From: Octopus vulgaris
Lineage: Eukaryota
Direction of reading: 5' to 3'
Length of the DNA stretch: 64,000 bases
Assembly: GCA_951406725.2 (NCBI GenBank)
Contig: OX597835.1
Span: 35,340,001-35,404,000, forward strand
In this document: piece after piece, positions 41,594 to 56,429 of the stretch
How the letters are laid out: each line of letters opens with the position of its first letter
How positions within the stretch are numbered: the first letter of the stretch is position 1
Notes under the pieces: model-generated
Database searches by the model: none
What the model was told of the DNA's origin: nothing
What the model saw: the letters and a program-made list of their open reading frames with translations, nothing else
Made by a program: the position numbers and the translations under genes

Positions 41594-42816
41594 GTCTGTT
41601 TGTCTGTCTGTCTTCATAAAGTGTTCACATATAAAGCGAGACTATAGTAGCACGAAGATCCTTGCCTGGCGTGCCGCTTAACCTACAGGATTAGAAAGTA
41701 AAGTTTCGTTCAGTCGTGAACCCTTCTATTCTTGTGATATTTTTGGTCCCTCGTTTCTTCAATATTACTTAATAATGAACCAAGCACTAATACTAAGAAC
41801 TATGTCTTAACACTTTGCCTACCATGGGAGTCACTGATGACTCCCCACGCTGTATTCTTAATATAACATTGGGACTCACCAATAACTCTTAATGGAGTCT
41901 CACATTACTGTCGTTGGAACTATATTCTTCGACATTTAGGAAATGTACAGAACATATCTTTCTTTGAATTTCTCGGATCGTTTCCAATTTGAATTAATAG
42001 AGGCTGAGGTAGGGTTTGGTAAGAAGGGTACAAAGTTACTGAAATCTCCATCATTAGATGGAAATGATAGTGCTGCCCCTTATAAAATAATTTTTGTGAA
42101 AAAAAAAAAAAACCTTGAAGGGCTTATTAATATAACCTGAAATATAACCTGTAGAAAAAAAAAAAGATAAATTATTGAAGAAAATCTATAAATGAGGATA
42201 CAATGAACATTTTAACACTTTTTAAGGTGAATTAAGGTGACTTCGGTGGTACAGAATATATATAATATTTGTTCTGTAGCGCAAGAGTCACCAGTGATAC
42301 CATGTTTATAAATCAATGTAGTAGTTTATATAGTGAAGAGAATACACACACACACACACACGCGCGCGCGTGCGCGCACACACACACACACACATTAAAT
42401 AAATTGGAAAAATGGATAATTTATAACATGTTAGACCGCTGGTGCAAACGAAAATATGGCGTACAATGGGCTGGTTAAGCAAATTGTTAAATAAACAGAC
42501 TGAATGAAGAGAAGGTAACATTTTTTTTAAAGTACCAGAGTTACTCAAGCAGTATGAGGCGTCGCATATACTTTTACCAAAATGATATTATCTCTCTTTC
42601 TCTCTCTCTGTAAATGGTTATTTTTAATTCAAAGAATAAATAATTAAATGAAATGGAAAAAAAAAGGACCAGGCTGTGACCGCGACTAGCCGGGAGCTCA
42701 ATTCTTGAACTCGTAGAAAACTGATCTCAAAATGTTAGTTTACTATAAATAATGGTGGATGTTTTACTCAGTGAATAAAAAGTACATAAATCTTGTTTAT
42801 TATATTTTTTGCTTTG

Positions 42817-43060
42817 TTTTAGTGTTTATTTATGAAACACATGCTCACACACGCACACGTATACATTCACATATATGTATGTATATATATATATATGTGT
42901 GTGTGTGTATGCATAGATACATAAGTATATATATATATATATATATATATATACTTATATATCTATGCATACACACACACACATATATATATATATATAC
43001 ATATATGTGAATGTATATGTGTGCGTGTGTGAGCATGTGTTTCATAAATAAACACTAAAA
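42817..43060. repeat. About 244-nt fold-back palindrome centred on (TA)n
   Basis: TTTTAGTGTTTATTTATGAAACACATGCTCACACACGCACAC... mirrors ...GTGTGCGTGTGTGAGCATGTGTTTCATAAATAAACACTAAAA, with about 3 transitions between arms. Confidence 0.92.
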
Positions 43061-43831
43061 TAAGTATATATATGCATGAAATTTTTGTATATATGCTCAG
43101 TATTATCAAACTTACATGCATAAATCTATCTATCTATCTACCTATCTACCTACCTATCTATCTGTGATTACGATCCCTATTGATCAATTTTTTTTTCTGT
43201 CCCCTTTTCTTATTTTTTTCCTCTCCCACACTTTTTTTTAAATCCTCCCCTTTTTTTGTCCTCTTTCTTTCCTTTTACGATCCCTTTTGATCGAAAACCA
43301 ACCCCCTTTTTTTTATCCACAAAAGAAAAGCTCTACCTTGTAATTTGTTCTGCGTGCAGCCCTGTGTGGCTAATAAAGAAACATATCTACCTACCTATCT
43401 ATCTATTTATCTATCTATACATGTATGTGTAAGTTAAATTTTTTAATTCTTGAAATTATTCCAGCTTCCTAAGAAGGTAGTTGCCACCAATCGTTTTGTG
43501 CCAACTAGTCCAAACCCCTAATGAGAAGGAGAGACAAAAACAAGAATCAAGAATTTCTCCAAAACTGATACGACGCAACGAAAACCAAACTCTTCACTTA
43601 CGGACATATTTATATGTAAGAATTCTTGAGATTACCTCCACTTTTCCCTCAGAGTTTGAACCAATAGCTATGAATCAACTGTTCAACTCCTTCAAGAGGC
43701 AGAAAAAATTCAATAGACCAAAATGTTGTTGTTGTATTTTATTTAATATACCTCTATTTGCCTTTGTTGGGTGAGTTATTACCACTGCCCATTCAGAGTT
43801 ATTTCACTCAGCTGATTTTCAATGTATGTAT

Positions 43832-43907
<76 letters not shown>

Positions 43908-43949
43908 ATATATTTATACATGTGTGTATGTACAGAAATACACACGTGC

Positions 43950-43990
<41 letters not shown>

Positions 43991-44592
43991 TGTATATATA
44001 TATGCATATACATGCATATATATATGTATGTATGTATGTAACTCTCTCTCTATATATATATATATAAATATATAAACATACTAAAATATATATGTGTATG
44101 TATATATAATTACGTTTGCACGTATATGTCAGTGTGTGCGTGACTGTGCGCGTGTGTCTGTATCTATGACTACAGTGTGTGCATAGACAGCTATATGTAT
44201 GTACGTAAGCATGTATGCAAATGTATAAAACTGTAGTCAAAAATGGTGCAATGATATCGTTGATGGCAGTTCACAGGTTCAAATAGAAGGCGGGAGGTGA
44301 AGGATTTTCCCTCCTCTCTCTACTTCTGTCCTTCTGCTACTTACTAAATTCAATGAATGAAACATCTGACCCCTTATAATTGGCCCCGATGCCCCCTACT
44401 GACAACACAATCAATCAATGTTGCTTCGGTTGCCCTCACCTCCCTCTCTCTCTCTCTTTCTCTCATCTCACATTTTGTTGTTATCACCACCCCCTTCTCT
44501 TTCTGATTTGATGCCGTATATATATTTATGCACACACGCACCCCCTCCACACACACATACACACACACACACACACACATACGCACACGCAC

Positions 44593-44682
<90 letters not shown>

Positions 44683-44875
44683 ATATACATACGCTCCACT
44701 AAAATTCTTCAAGTCTGGAAAAAGTAAGACATATGTGCTGCTACATACATACATACATACATACATATATTCATATATATAATGTTTGTATGAATACACG
44801 TGTAAATACATATATACATGCATACATACATATATATATATGTTTGTATGAATACATATATATATATACATATAC

Positions 44876-44916
<41 letters not shown>

Positions 44917-44932
44917 TACATACACACATACA

Positions 44933-44980
<48 letters not shown>

Positions 44981-45147
44981 CACACACAAACAAAAATGTT
45001 TAGAATACGCACATACATAAACATATGCATATATCTTTGAACGTAATGTCTATGTTTATCCATGTATGTATCTATGTATGTATTTGTGTATGTATATATG
45101 TTTGTATGTATGTATATAAGTCATTGTTCACTTTTATTTCAACCATA

Positions 45148-45197
<50 letters not shown>

Positions 45198-45227
45198 ATA
45201 TGTGTGTGTGTTTTGTATGTGTGTTTC

Positions 45228-45282
<55 letters not shown>

Positions 45283-45702
45283 ACTTGCCTGTCACTCAAA
45301 CTTTGGCTAGCTGTCTCTTTCTCTTTCTCTCTCTCTCTCTCTATCTCTCAATTGCTCTCCCCCTCTCTCTTTCTCCTTATCTCTCGCTGTATATTATCCT
45401 AAACATGTACATGTATTTATACACCGACCACATACAAAAATCGCACACATTCAATTGTGTATAGTCGTGTTTTTTTATACGGATACAAATACTTTATACG
45501 TGTGTCCATATGCATTATAAGTGTGTCCCTATAAATGCGTGACAAACTGAAATCTCGAGAAGAACAATTAAGTGTTATATGATATCTTAATGGGGTTTCT
45601 TTCTTTCTTCTTGTTTTTCTTTCATTTCTTTTCCAGTCATTTTTTCTTCCATTTTTTTCGTTCTCTTTCAGACGTACTCTAATTAGTACTTACGTACGTA
45701 TG

Positions 45703-45770
<68 letters not shown>

Positions 45771-45793
45771 TATATACATATACATATATATAA

Positions 45794-45913
<120 letters not shown>

Positions 45914-46273
45914 GTGTGTGTACAATTCTTTTTTCAGTAATATCTTTAAAAGTTCATTAATGCAAATTACAACCACACACACACACATACACACACACAA
46001 ACTCACGCACATAACACATACACATATGCAAAAACACACATATGCATAGAAACGTGCTCTGAATCACTATGTGTATGTATATGCATGTTATGTGTGTGTG
46101 GACATGTGTGTGTGTGTGTGCATGTGTGTGTATGTGTATTCCGAATTAATTGATAAGTTTGAAAATTGACTAAATAGATAACATTTTAAGTGACATGAAC
46201 ATCAATCTCCTTTGTGTGTGTACACACACATGTTAGCGTATACATACATGCACACACATACACACACGCAAGC

Positions 46274-46306
<33 letters not shown>

Positions 46307-46353
46307 AGTGGTGTGTCTAAATATATATATATATATGTTGTCATATATATAAT

Positions 46354-46386
<33 letters not shown>

Positions 46387-46592
46387 TATAAACATATACA
46401 CTTACAAATATACCTATATACATACATACATACATACATACGTATATATATATATATATACATACTTTTTTTTACGACCAGACTATCAGATTTTGCTACA
46501 CATCGCTGGTCACAATGCGCTTCGCATTGTTTTAGCCTTCAAATGACGCCACCCCGCTGGCTAAGCAAGCAGGCCAATATATACATATATAT

Positions 46593-46677
<85 letters not shown>

Positions 46678-46682
46678 TAAAA

Positions 46683-46733
<51 letters not shown>

Positions 46734-46782
46734 ATGTATATATAGTTATGTGTATATATATATATGTATATGTATATATATT

Positions 46783-46840
<58 letters not shown>

Positions 46841-47496
46841 TATATATATATATACATATCTATGTGTGTGTGGGGAGAGAGAGAGAATGTGTGTTTACAA
46901 ACAGCTGTGTGGTTTATTTACATGGTGAGCAGTATGTATTGAACAAAATAGAACTTTCATCTTCTATCAGTTACTGGTTTTTAGTTATTAAATTGCGGCC
47001 ATGCTGGGGTACCACCTCGAACGATTTTAATAAAACAAATTCCGTATTCCACTCTGGGAGATATTTAAAAAAATATATAAAAGAGAAAAAAAATGCTGGT
47101 ACTTATTGTATCTGTAACGTAGAGTAAGCGCCGGGAAAAAAATTATAAAACTGGGGGGGAACACAAACAGAGGCACAAACACAAACACACACGCGCACAC
47201 ACGCACAAGCACACACACATACTTACGTTGACATTATTATTTCGCAAGAATTCTGAAGACTGTAAAAGACCGATAAATCTGTACTTTAGAAAAAAGTACC
47301 TACGTTTCTTTCAATTTAAGTTGTCTTCGTAATAACTCGATATAAAACACACGCGCAGACGCACACACGTATTCATATATTTATATATGTATACGTATAT
47401 ACATACATATAAATAAATAAATATATATTTATGTGTAAATTAAATGTTACATATACATATGCATACATACATACAAATACATACATGCATATATAC

Positions 47497-47530
<34 letters not shown>

Positions 47531-47531
47531 G

Positions 47532-47600
<69 letters not shown>

Positions 47601-47625
47601 AAAGCAACAAGAATGGATTAAAATA

Positions 47626-47709
47626 TCGGTACAATTGTTTCGTACGAGGACATCTTTAATAAGCTACAAAAAATGCAGTAAATATAGTTGGCTCGTACTC
47701 GTCAGCCGA
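47626..47709 (-). ncRNA. Type I hammerhead ribozyme candidate with an extended helix II
   Basis: TCGG-CTGACGA-GTACGAG-[43 nt]-CTCGTAC-GAAA-CAATTG-TA-CCGA: fully canonical core, 7-bp helix II, palindromic ACAATTGT and a GUA site. Confidence 0.82.
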
Positions 47710-47970
47710 AAAAACATCAGAGATTCCCAAACATCAAAAGGGGTAGATACAAATGAGGGTGTGAGTTTAACTGCATTGAAGAAAGTTCGATTCCTGGAGA
47801 TCTGATGAAAGGTCTTGAACTTACAGAATTTTTGCATGTCCATATGTAGCTCATAGTGAATTGTTAATCAAGTTATGTGAAGAAATTTTGGAAATTCCGG
47901 TGCATCCTAGTTAAGGACCATATTCATGTGAATTCATTAGAATTCACTTGAATCTCAATTACTTAAACCG

Positions 47971-48101
<131 letters not shown>

Positions 48102-48104
48102 GTA

Positions 48105-48275
48105 TACGGCGGGTTTCGTTGCAGTTTTCAGCAAACGAAGTCCTTCTCAAGCATTGGTTAGCCCGGGAGCTATCGTGGAAGTCACTTGCGGAGAGTGATG
48201 CGCCCTGGGATTGAACACTAGAGCACATGGTTTCGAAGCGAATTTTTTATAAGCACATAGCAATACCTACGCCTA
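48105..48275 (-). mobile_element. Old SINE family B, 5' half
   Basis: Diverged match (GGCGGGTTTCGTTGCAGTTTTC...GGGATTGAAC...CACATGG...ACCTACGCCTA). Confidence 0.6.
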
Positions 48276-48699
48276 TAATCCTTTAAAACGAGCCTATGAT
48301 ATCGACAAACATACAAATAAACTGGGAGTAATGCTTAAGCGTGATAAACATTAACATGACGATTATACGTTAATGGGATAACAAGCATATCATTCGTGGG
48401 TTTTGATATTATGAATAACATTGGATAACATGAGCGGCATTTAATATGATAATTGTCTTATCATAAATTAGCAATTAATACGAAAATTGATAAATACCAC
48501 GTCATGAAGGAGATTTAATAGTGTGAATATCATATGATAAATTGAATTTAATGTTCATAAATAGCATATCAAATAATAGTTACGTGCTGTAATAGCATGT
48601 GATAAATAGCATATCATAAACTGCATTTAATATAATAAATAGTATATGATAAATAGCATTTAGCGCGGCTAAATGGAATGATATAAATAATACGTAATG

Positions 48700-48749
<50 letters not shown>

Positions 48750-48838
48750 ATTAGTGGTTGAAAAGGAAAGATTAGTCTCTTTTCTGAATCGGACATGTAT
48801 GTAGTATGTATGTATGTATACATATATAAATATATATG

Positions 48839-48909
<71 letters not shown>

Positions 48910-49087
48910 TGAGAGAGAGAGTGAGAGAGAGAAGACAAATGATTGGCTTTTACATGCACGTATGCACACACACACATACATATATATATATAAACATATG
49001 CACATATGTATATATACACACACACACATATATATATATGCATATATAAGTATATATGGATATATATATATATGTATATATATATGT

Positions 49088-49118
<31 letters not shown>

Positions 49119-49333
49119 CATATACATTTATACACAAATCCACCCACCCACACACACGCACACATATATATGTATGCGCGCGCATACATACACTAATGCA
49201 TGTAAACATATATTTTCTTTCAATTGTGAATGTTCTATGCACACCATCAACAAAAATATACATAAGCATAAACACGTCATTTCCGTTTGCACTCACAACC
49301 GGACATGCATAAAACTATCAACCAACCAACCAC

Positions 49334-49388
<55 letters not shown>

Positions 49389-49601
49389 GTCAATCAATCA
49401 ATCAATCAATCAATCAGTCAATCAACCAATCAATCAATTAATCTCTCTCTGTCTATCTCCCTCCCTCTCTCTCTCTCTATCTATCTATCTATCTCTCCAT
49501 CTATCTATCAACTAACCGACAAATATATATATATATATATATATTTTATATATATATATATACATCTCTCTCCCAATATATATATATATATATATATATG
49601 C

Positions 49602-49659
<58 letters not shown>

Positions 49660-49905
49660 CCCGCATGATAATAAAAATAGTAGGCTGAAATTTAAAAATG
49701 TTTGTACTTATATTTTCATTTTGCACACACACACACGCCGACACACACACACACACACATATATACACAATATCACTCACCACCCTTACGTATACACATT
49801 CACATACACAACATCGATCCCAAATATACACATTCACAAGCCCACTTCACATAGACACATACAGTCATACATACACATACACACATACATACATACATAC
49901 ATATA

Positions 49906-49939
<34 letters not shown>

Positions 49940-49945
49940 CATACA

Positions 49946-49979
<34 letters not shown>

Positions 49980-50870
49980 CATACATACATACATGCATGC
50001 ATGCATACGTACATATATGCATACATACATACATACACACATACATGCATGCATGCATACATACATATATACACTCAAAAGTCCCTCACACACCTTCATG
50101 CATACAGGTACACAAACCCTACCATACACACGTAATTTAAGTGAAGAGAGTTCGTACTAAATGAAGTATGTAAGAAGACCTTCTGTGACGGATCACGAAT
50201 GAACAGGGGAGATAATTTAAATAATTAAAAATTAATTTAGCCAGGAATTAAAATATTCGTTTATGAAGCTTAGCCGAAAACATAATTACAAAAGATATGA
50301 TCTCCGTTAGCCGGCAAAGGTGGCACTGGCGAACATATTTCTTACGTATTAGATATATTCCGCTAAGAATTGTCTTCCTGAAATTGCTTAATAAACTTAC
50401 GGGGAAATAACTCAAATGGAACAGAAACATGAAGATGGATTTAGATAATTAAGAGAAGAGGATTATTTAGAGTGAAAAAAAAATAATAATAAGTAGGGGA
50501 TAAAGTAACGGAATTTAGCGAGTTGAAATTTGGTACTGAATCGGAGAAAAAAAAAATGAGTTGTAATTGTAAGCGACCGTCACAGAAGAAGGGAGATAAT
50601 AATTACTAATTAAGAATTAATCTTAATTAAAATTAAATGTTATGCTTTGGCTGAAGAAGAGCAAAGCAAATTTTTTTTTTTTTTGTTTTCTTAGAATGAA
50701 AATTTGATTTTTAATGAAATTAATACGGAAAAATATAAGCAAATACAGATAAAAATGCAAAGGAGCACAGCCATAAACTCGCGAAATATAACACACAGAT
50801 AATGTCAATTATATGTATGTATTTATATATGGATATATACGTCTGTGTGTGTGTGTGTGTGTGCGTGTAA

Positions 50871-50916
<46 letters not shown>

Positions 50917-51045
50917 TCTTTTCTACTCTAGGCACAAGACCAGAATTTTTGGGGTAGGGGCCAGTCCATTAAATCGACACCAGTACGCAACTGGTACTTA
51001 ATTTATCGACCCCGAAAGTATGAAAGGCAAAGTCGATCTCGGCAG

Positions 51046-51101
<56 letters not shown>

Positions 51102-51463
51102 ATATATAAGTAGGTTATGTGTGTGTGAGAGTGTGTGCATATATACATATATATACATATACATGCATACAAACATGTATGTATATATACATGCACGCAT
51201 ATTTACATATAGTTATATATATGTGCAGAACAAGCATGTACAGAGACTTAGATATAGGTAAATAGTATGGATGTATGTATGTATGCATGTATTTATGAAA
51301 TTATACCCATATGTATGTATATACCCATCGAAATATATATATATGTGTGTGTGTGTGTGTTTGTTTGTTTGCTTGTCTATAGATATTTGTTACACAGACA
51401 TGCACACACATATATATGCATATGTATATATTTATCTATATACTAATATATATATATATATGT

Positions 51464-51502
<39 letters not shown>

Positions 51503-51576
51503 TATATGTATATATATATACATATATATATGTATATATATATGTATATATATATATGTATATATATATACATATA

Positions 51577-51614
<38 letters not shown>

Positions 51615-51619
51615 GCATG

Positions 51620-51696
<77 letters not shown>

Positions 51697-52134
51697 GCTG
51701 TCTAAGTTTACAACACAATGTACCGCTCCACGGAGCGCTTGTGTGACGTGCGTTAAATACAATTGGGGCTAAATTTAATAAAATACATTAATTAATTATC
51801 TAATTAGCAATCAGCACTTTAATCCACTGTTCACACAATTACATGCACACTATCAAAATCACACGCACACATGCACGTAATTCGAACACGCACAGAGACA
51901 CACACACCAACGTTTGTATATCGCTAGAATAATAGCCATGATATATCTATATACATATTCTTACAAATATTGTATTCAACATAACTAAATATATACGAAG
52001 CATGTATATAAAGAGAGAACGTAAGTAAATTGATATAATAGATATTAAATAATGAACTTCCTGTTGTGAATACTCTCTACATATGCACATACTTTCATTC
52101 GTACATGTACACACACACACACACACATACATAA

Positions 52135-52214
<80 letters not shown>

Positions 52215-52270
52215 ACGTGGGAGTATCTGTGTTCCGTGTGCAGGCTTCTGAATTTATGCATTAAAAAAAA

Positions 52271-52338
<68 letters not shown>

Positions 52339-52473
52339 GGATGCTTTGCAAACACATATTTTGTTGATATAGAAACATAAGTAACAACACTGCAACGACG
52401 AATACGTAGATGAATAAATAGGCCCTCAATAAATGCACAACCCGCTTTCCACACACACTCACACGCAAGCACA

Positions 52474-52525
<52 letters not shown>

Positions 52526-52660
52526 CATATACACATACATACATACATACACACATACATACATACATAGATACATACATACAGCTATATATATATACAC
52601 ATACATATACACATACATGCATTTATATTCAGATTCAGTCCCAAGTTTCTCTCTTTATTT

Positions 52661-52736
<76 letters not shown>

Positions 52737-52767
52737 ATATCAAAAGATTAATATCATATACATGCAC

Positions 52768-52891
<124 letters not shown>

Positions 52892-53266
52892 TTTCATATA
52901 TGCATATTTTGCCCTCATCAAATATATGTGTGTGTGTGTGTGGTTGTTGGGGGTGTGATTTGTTCGACTAATCCAATCAAAGGCGTGCCCCAGCTTGGTC
53001 GCAGTCCGTTGACTGACACAAGTAGTTTTCGACCATGTCTGCCACGAGTGTCAGTCAGTTCGTTAATGAGAATCAGTTCGTTAATGAGGTTTAGCCGTTT
53101 CCTATACCCTTAAGCAGATATTCACATTAGACACTTCTTAATGTTCACATTCTATTATCATCTCTGGTGTATCCTAAGGTTTCATTTTGCTACCCTTGCT
53201 CTTTGTTCTGTGAATTAATGAGAAAACTTGCTGCTCTTTCTAATCAAATACACTTGATGATATATT

Positions 53267-53679
53267 TATTTCTTTATTGCCCACAAGGGGCTAAACACAG
53301 AGGGGACAAATAAGGACAGACAAACGGATTAAGTCGATTACATCGACCCCAGTGCGAAACTGGTACTTAATTTATCGATCCTGAAAGGATGAAAGGCAAC
53401 TTCGGCCTCGGCGGAATTTGAACTCAGAACGTAACGACAGACGAAATACCTATTTCTTTACTACCCACGAGGGGCTAAACACAGAGAGGACAAACAAGGA
53501 CAGGCAAACGGATTAAGTCGATTATATCGACCCCAGTGCGAAACCGGTACTTTATTTATCGACCCCGAAAGGATGAAAGGCAAAGTCGACCTCGGCGAAA
53601 TTTGAACTCAGAACGTAACGACAAAAAAAAACCCCGCTAAGCATTTTGCCCGGCGCGCCAACGTTTCTGCCAGCTCGCC
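53267..53679 (-). mobile_element. SINE family A, tandem dimer
   Basis: Two units joined at CAGACGAAATACCTATTTCTTTACTACCCAC, the same junction as in 557-1143. Confidence 0.9.
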
Positions 53680-53699
53680 GCCCCAGATTTGATGTTATA

Positions 53700-54205
53700 T
53701 TGGACTGTCAGATAATCCTGCTCGTTTATTTTACTCCTCCTCACCCCACCTCAGATTTCTTTTAATCCTTTTCTTTTTTTTTTTTAAATTAACACGAAAA
53801 ATATCTCATTATGGTTTTTTTTTGTTTTATATTGTAGCTCCATTTTTCTTCTACAATTTCTGTTTTATCGTTTTGGAAATTTGAATAGTTTTACCCATTT
53901 TGGCGTGCAAAGTTAAAAAAAAAACCGAACGAACTTCTATGACAGTCTAATTGAAGTACCACTTGTGGGTTGTCAGATAAATTCTTTCGTGTTTTTTTTC
54001 CATGTTTAATCCTTTCTAATGTCATTTAAATTTACTCGAAAAATTATTTTAGTTTTTTTAAGCTTCTTTTGGATTTCTAATTTTCCGTTACAAATTTTGT
54101 TCATCGTTTTTGAATTTTGAATAAATTTTACCTATTTTCAGATATATGACGATAGAGTGCCAAAAAACCCCCCAAAAAACTGAACGGATTTATCTGACAG
54201 CTCAA
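53700..54205. mobile_element. Two tandem diverged copies of an about 240-bp MITE-like element
   Basis: Copies at 53700-53950 and 53965-54205 are each bounded by TGTCAGATAA and its (near) reverse complement ending TGACAG, with alignable T-rich interiors. Confidence 0.6.
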
Positions 54206-54317
54206 TACCACCCACTCTTCCTTCCTCTTTAAGCGCCTGCATATAAGTGTTTTCCTCACACGCAACACACAATCTCGACAACTTACAGAAAACTTGGAAT
54301 CTTTACAAACGCAGACA

Positions 54318-54950
54318 TATATTTCTTCACTACCCACAAGAGGATAAACACAGAGGGTGGAGGCGCAATGGCCCAGTGGTTATGGCAGCGGACTCGCGGT
54401 CATAGGATCGCGGTTTCAATTCCCAGACCGGGCCTTGTGAGTGTTTATTGAGCGAAAACACCTAAAGCTCCACGAGGCTCCGGCAGGGGATGGTGGTGAT
54501 CCCTGCTGTACTCTTTCACCACAACTTTCTCTCACTCTTACTTCCTGCTTCTGTTGTACCTGTATTTCAAAGGGCCGGCCTTGTCACTCTCTGTGTCACG
54601 CTGAATATCCCCGAGAACTACGTTAAGGGTACACGTGTCTGTGGAGTGCTCAGCTACTTACACGTTAATTTCACGAGCAGGCTGTTCCGTTGATTCGGAT
54701 CAACCAGAACCCTCATCGTCGTAACCGACGGAGTGCTTCCTCCTCAAACACAGAATGGACAAACAAGGACAGACAAACGGATTAAGTCGATTACATCGAC
54801 CCCAGTGCGTAACTGGTACTTAATTTATCGACCCCGAAAGGATGAAAGGCAAAGTCGACCTCGGCGGAATTTGAACCCAGAACGTAACGGCAGACGAAAT
54901 ACTGCTACGCATTTCGCCCGGCGTGCTAACGTTTCTGCCAGCTCGCCGCC
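54318..54950 (-). mobile_element. SINE family A split by a nested insertion
   Basis: The tail at 54318-54354 resumes at 54746. Confidence 0.88.
54355..54745 (+). mobile_element. SINE family C2 (head 2 + tail X) with a 9-bp TSD
   Basis: AAACACAGA is duplicated at 54346-54354 and 54746-54754. Confidence 0.9.
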
Positions 54951-55428
54951 TTTTACACACGAAGACATATCAACATAAATTTTCAGATTCATCACAAATT
55001 TAAGGCCGTTTAACAACAGTCTTTGATGATCCATCATGCTTATCTCATATATTAAAAAAACTGGGCTAGAAAATTCCTTAGTTATCATCAACCATGGGAA
55101 AACGCAAATGTGGCCGAGTCGAGCTAGCACTCATATATCCATGCACCACATCCAGATGAAGAGTCTATTACACCATCGGCGCTTACTCCCTCATTCACTA
55201 ACATGTTACAACTAAAGAACCTGCCGTTGCTTCTCTCAGTTTCTTCCCCATCTATAGCATTTAATACATACTTCGCTGTTCTGATCAACAGCATATCGTG
55301 TGCACCCAGGTACAAGAAGCTTCTCCATCACTCAACACGTATATTGCGTCCAATAGTTTTCTGCAACTCATGCAAACTCAGTGGGAGTTGAACTTGGAAC
55401 GTGAAAGCTAGCAGAATGCCGCTAAGTA

Positions 55429-55839
55429 GGCGAGCTGGCAGAAACGTTAGCACGCCGGGCGAAATGCGTGCCGTATTTCGTCTGCCGTTACGCTCTGAGT
55501 TCAAATTCCGCCGAGGTCGACTTTGCCTTTCATTCTTTCGGGGTCGATAAATTAAGTACCAGTTACGCACTGGGGTCGATGTAATCTACTTAATCCGTTT
55601 GTCTGTCCTTGTTTGTCCTCTCTGTGTTTAGCCCCTTGTGGGTAATAAAGAGGTAAATATTTCGTCTGTCTTTAAGTTCTGAGTTCAAGTTCCGCCGAGG
55701 TCAACTTTGCCTTTCATCCTTTCAGGGTCGATAAATTAAGAACCAGTTACGCACTGGGGTCGATGTGATCGACTTAATCCGTTTGTCTGTCCTTGTTTAT
55801 CCCCTCTGTGTTTAGCCCCTTGTGGGTAATAAAGAAATA
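55429..55839 (+). mobile_element. SINE family A, tandem dimer
   Basis: A full unit followed by a head-less second unit starting TATTTCGTCTG at about 55657. Confidence 0.9.
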
Positions 55840-56044
55840 AAAGTATTCGTCCGATGCGTTACCGGTTCTGCCAACCCGCCTTCGTAATAATATTTATGGT
55901 TTCAAGTTTTGGCATAAGACTAGCAATTCCAGTAGAAGATCTTAGTCGGCGATATCAACCAAAATCTTGCATGGGTGTATTATTTTCTCGATTCCTTCTT
56001 AATAATAATAATAATAGTAATAAATAATAATAATAATAATAATG

Positions 56045-56099
<55 letters not shown>

Positions 56100-56158
56100 C
56101 AACAACAACAATAATAATAATAATGACAACGACGATGATGATGATGATGAGAATTTCT

Positions 56159-56189
<31 letters not shown>

Positions 56190-56397
56190 ACGCACACACG
56201 CACACACACAAAATATGCGAATACACGCATGACTCAGCCCTCCTGATATAAGAGGGCCAAACAAGGGCCAGTGAAGGAACCCCAGAAAACCAGAATTACC
56301 CTGGGCACCAGAATAATCCTGAATCAGTAGTTGAATTCTAAGCTGATAAAGTTATAAGTGATAGCGAGCAAACAACAGGTTAAAACCGCCCTTTGGG

Positions 56398-56429
<32 letters not shown>

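Noticed and set aside
41826-41847. CTGATGA inside the GGGAGTCA/TGACTCCC hairpin
   Set aside because: There is no downstream GAAA or helix III; it is more likely a sub-terminal palindrome of an old TTAA-type element, which I also cannot support well.
54965-55420. Possible decayed RTE ORF (LARLGHIC, resembling LRWLGH)
   Set aside because: A single weak motif is insufficient without a BLASTX or HMM search.
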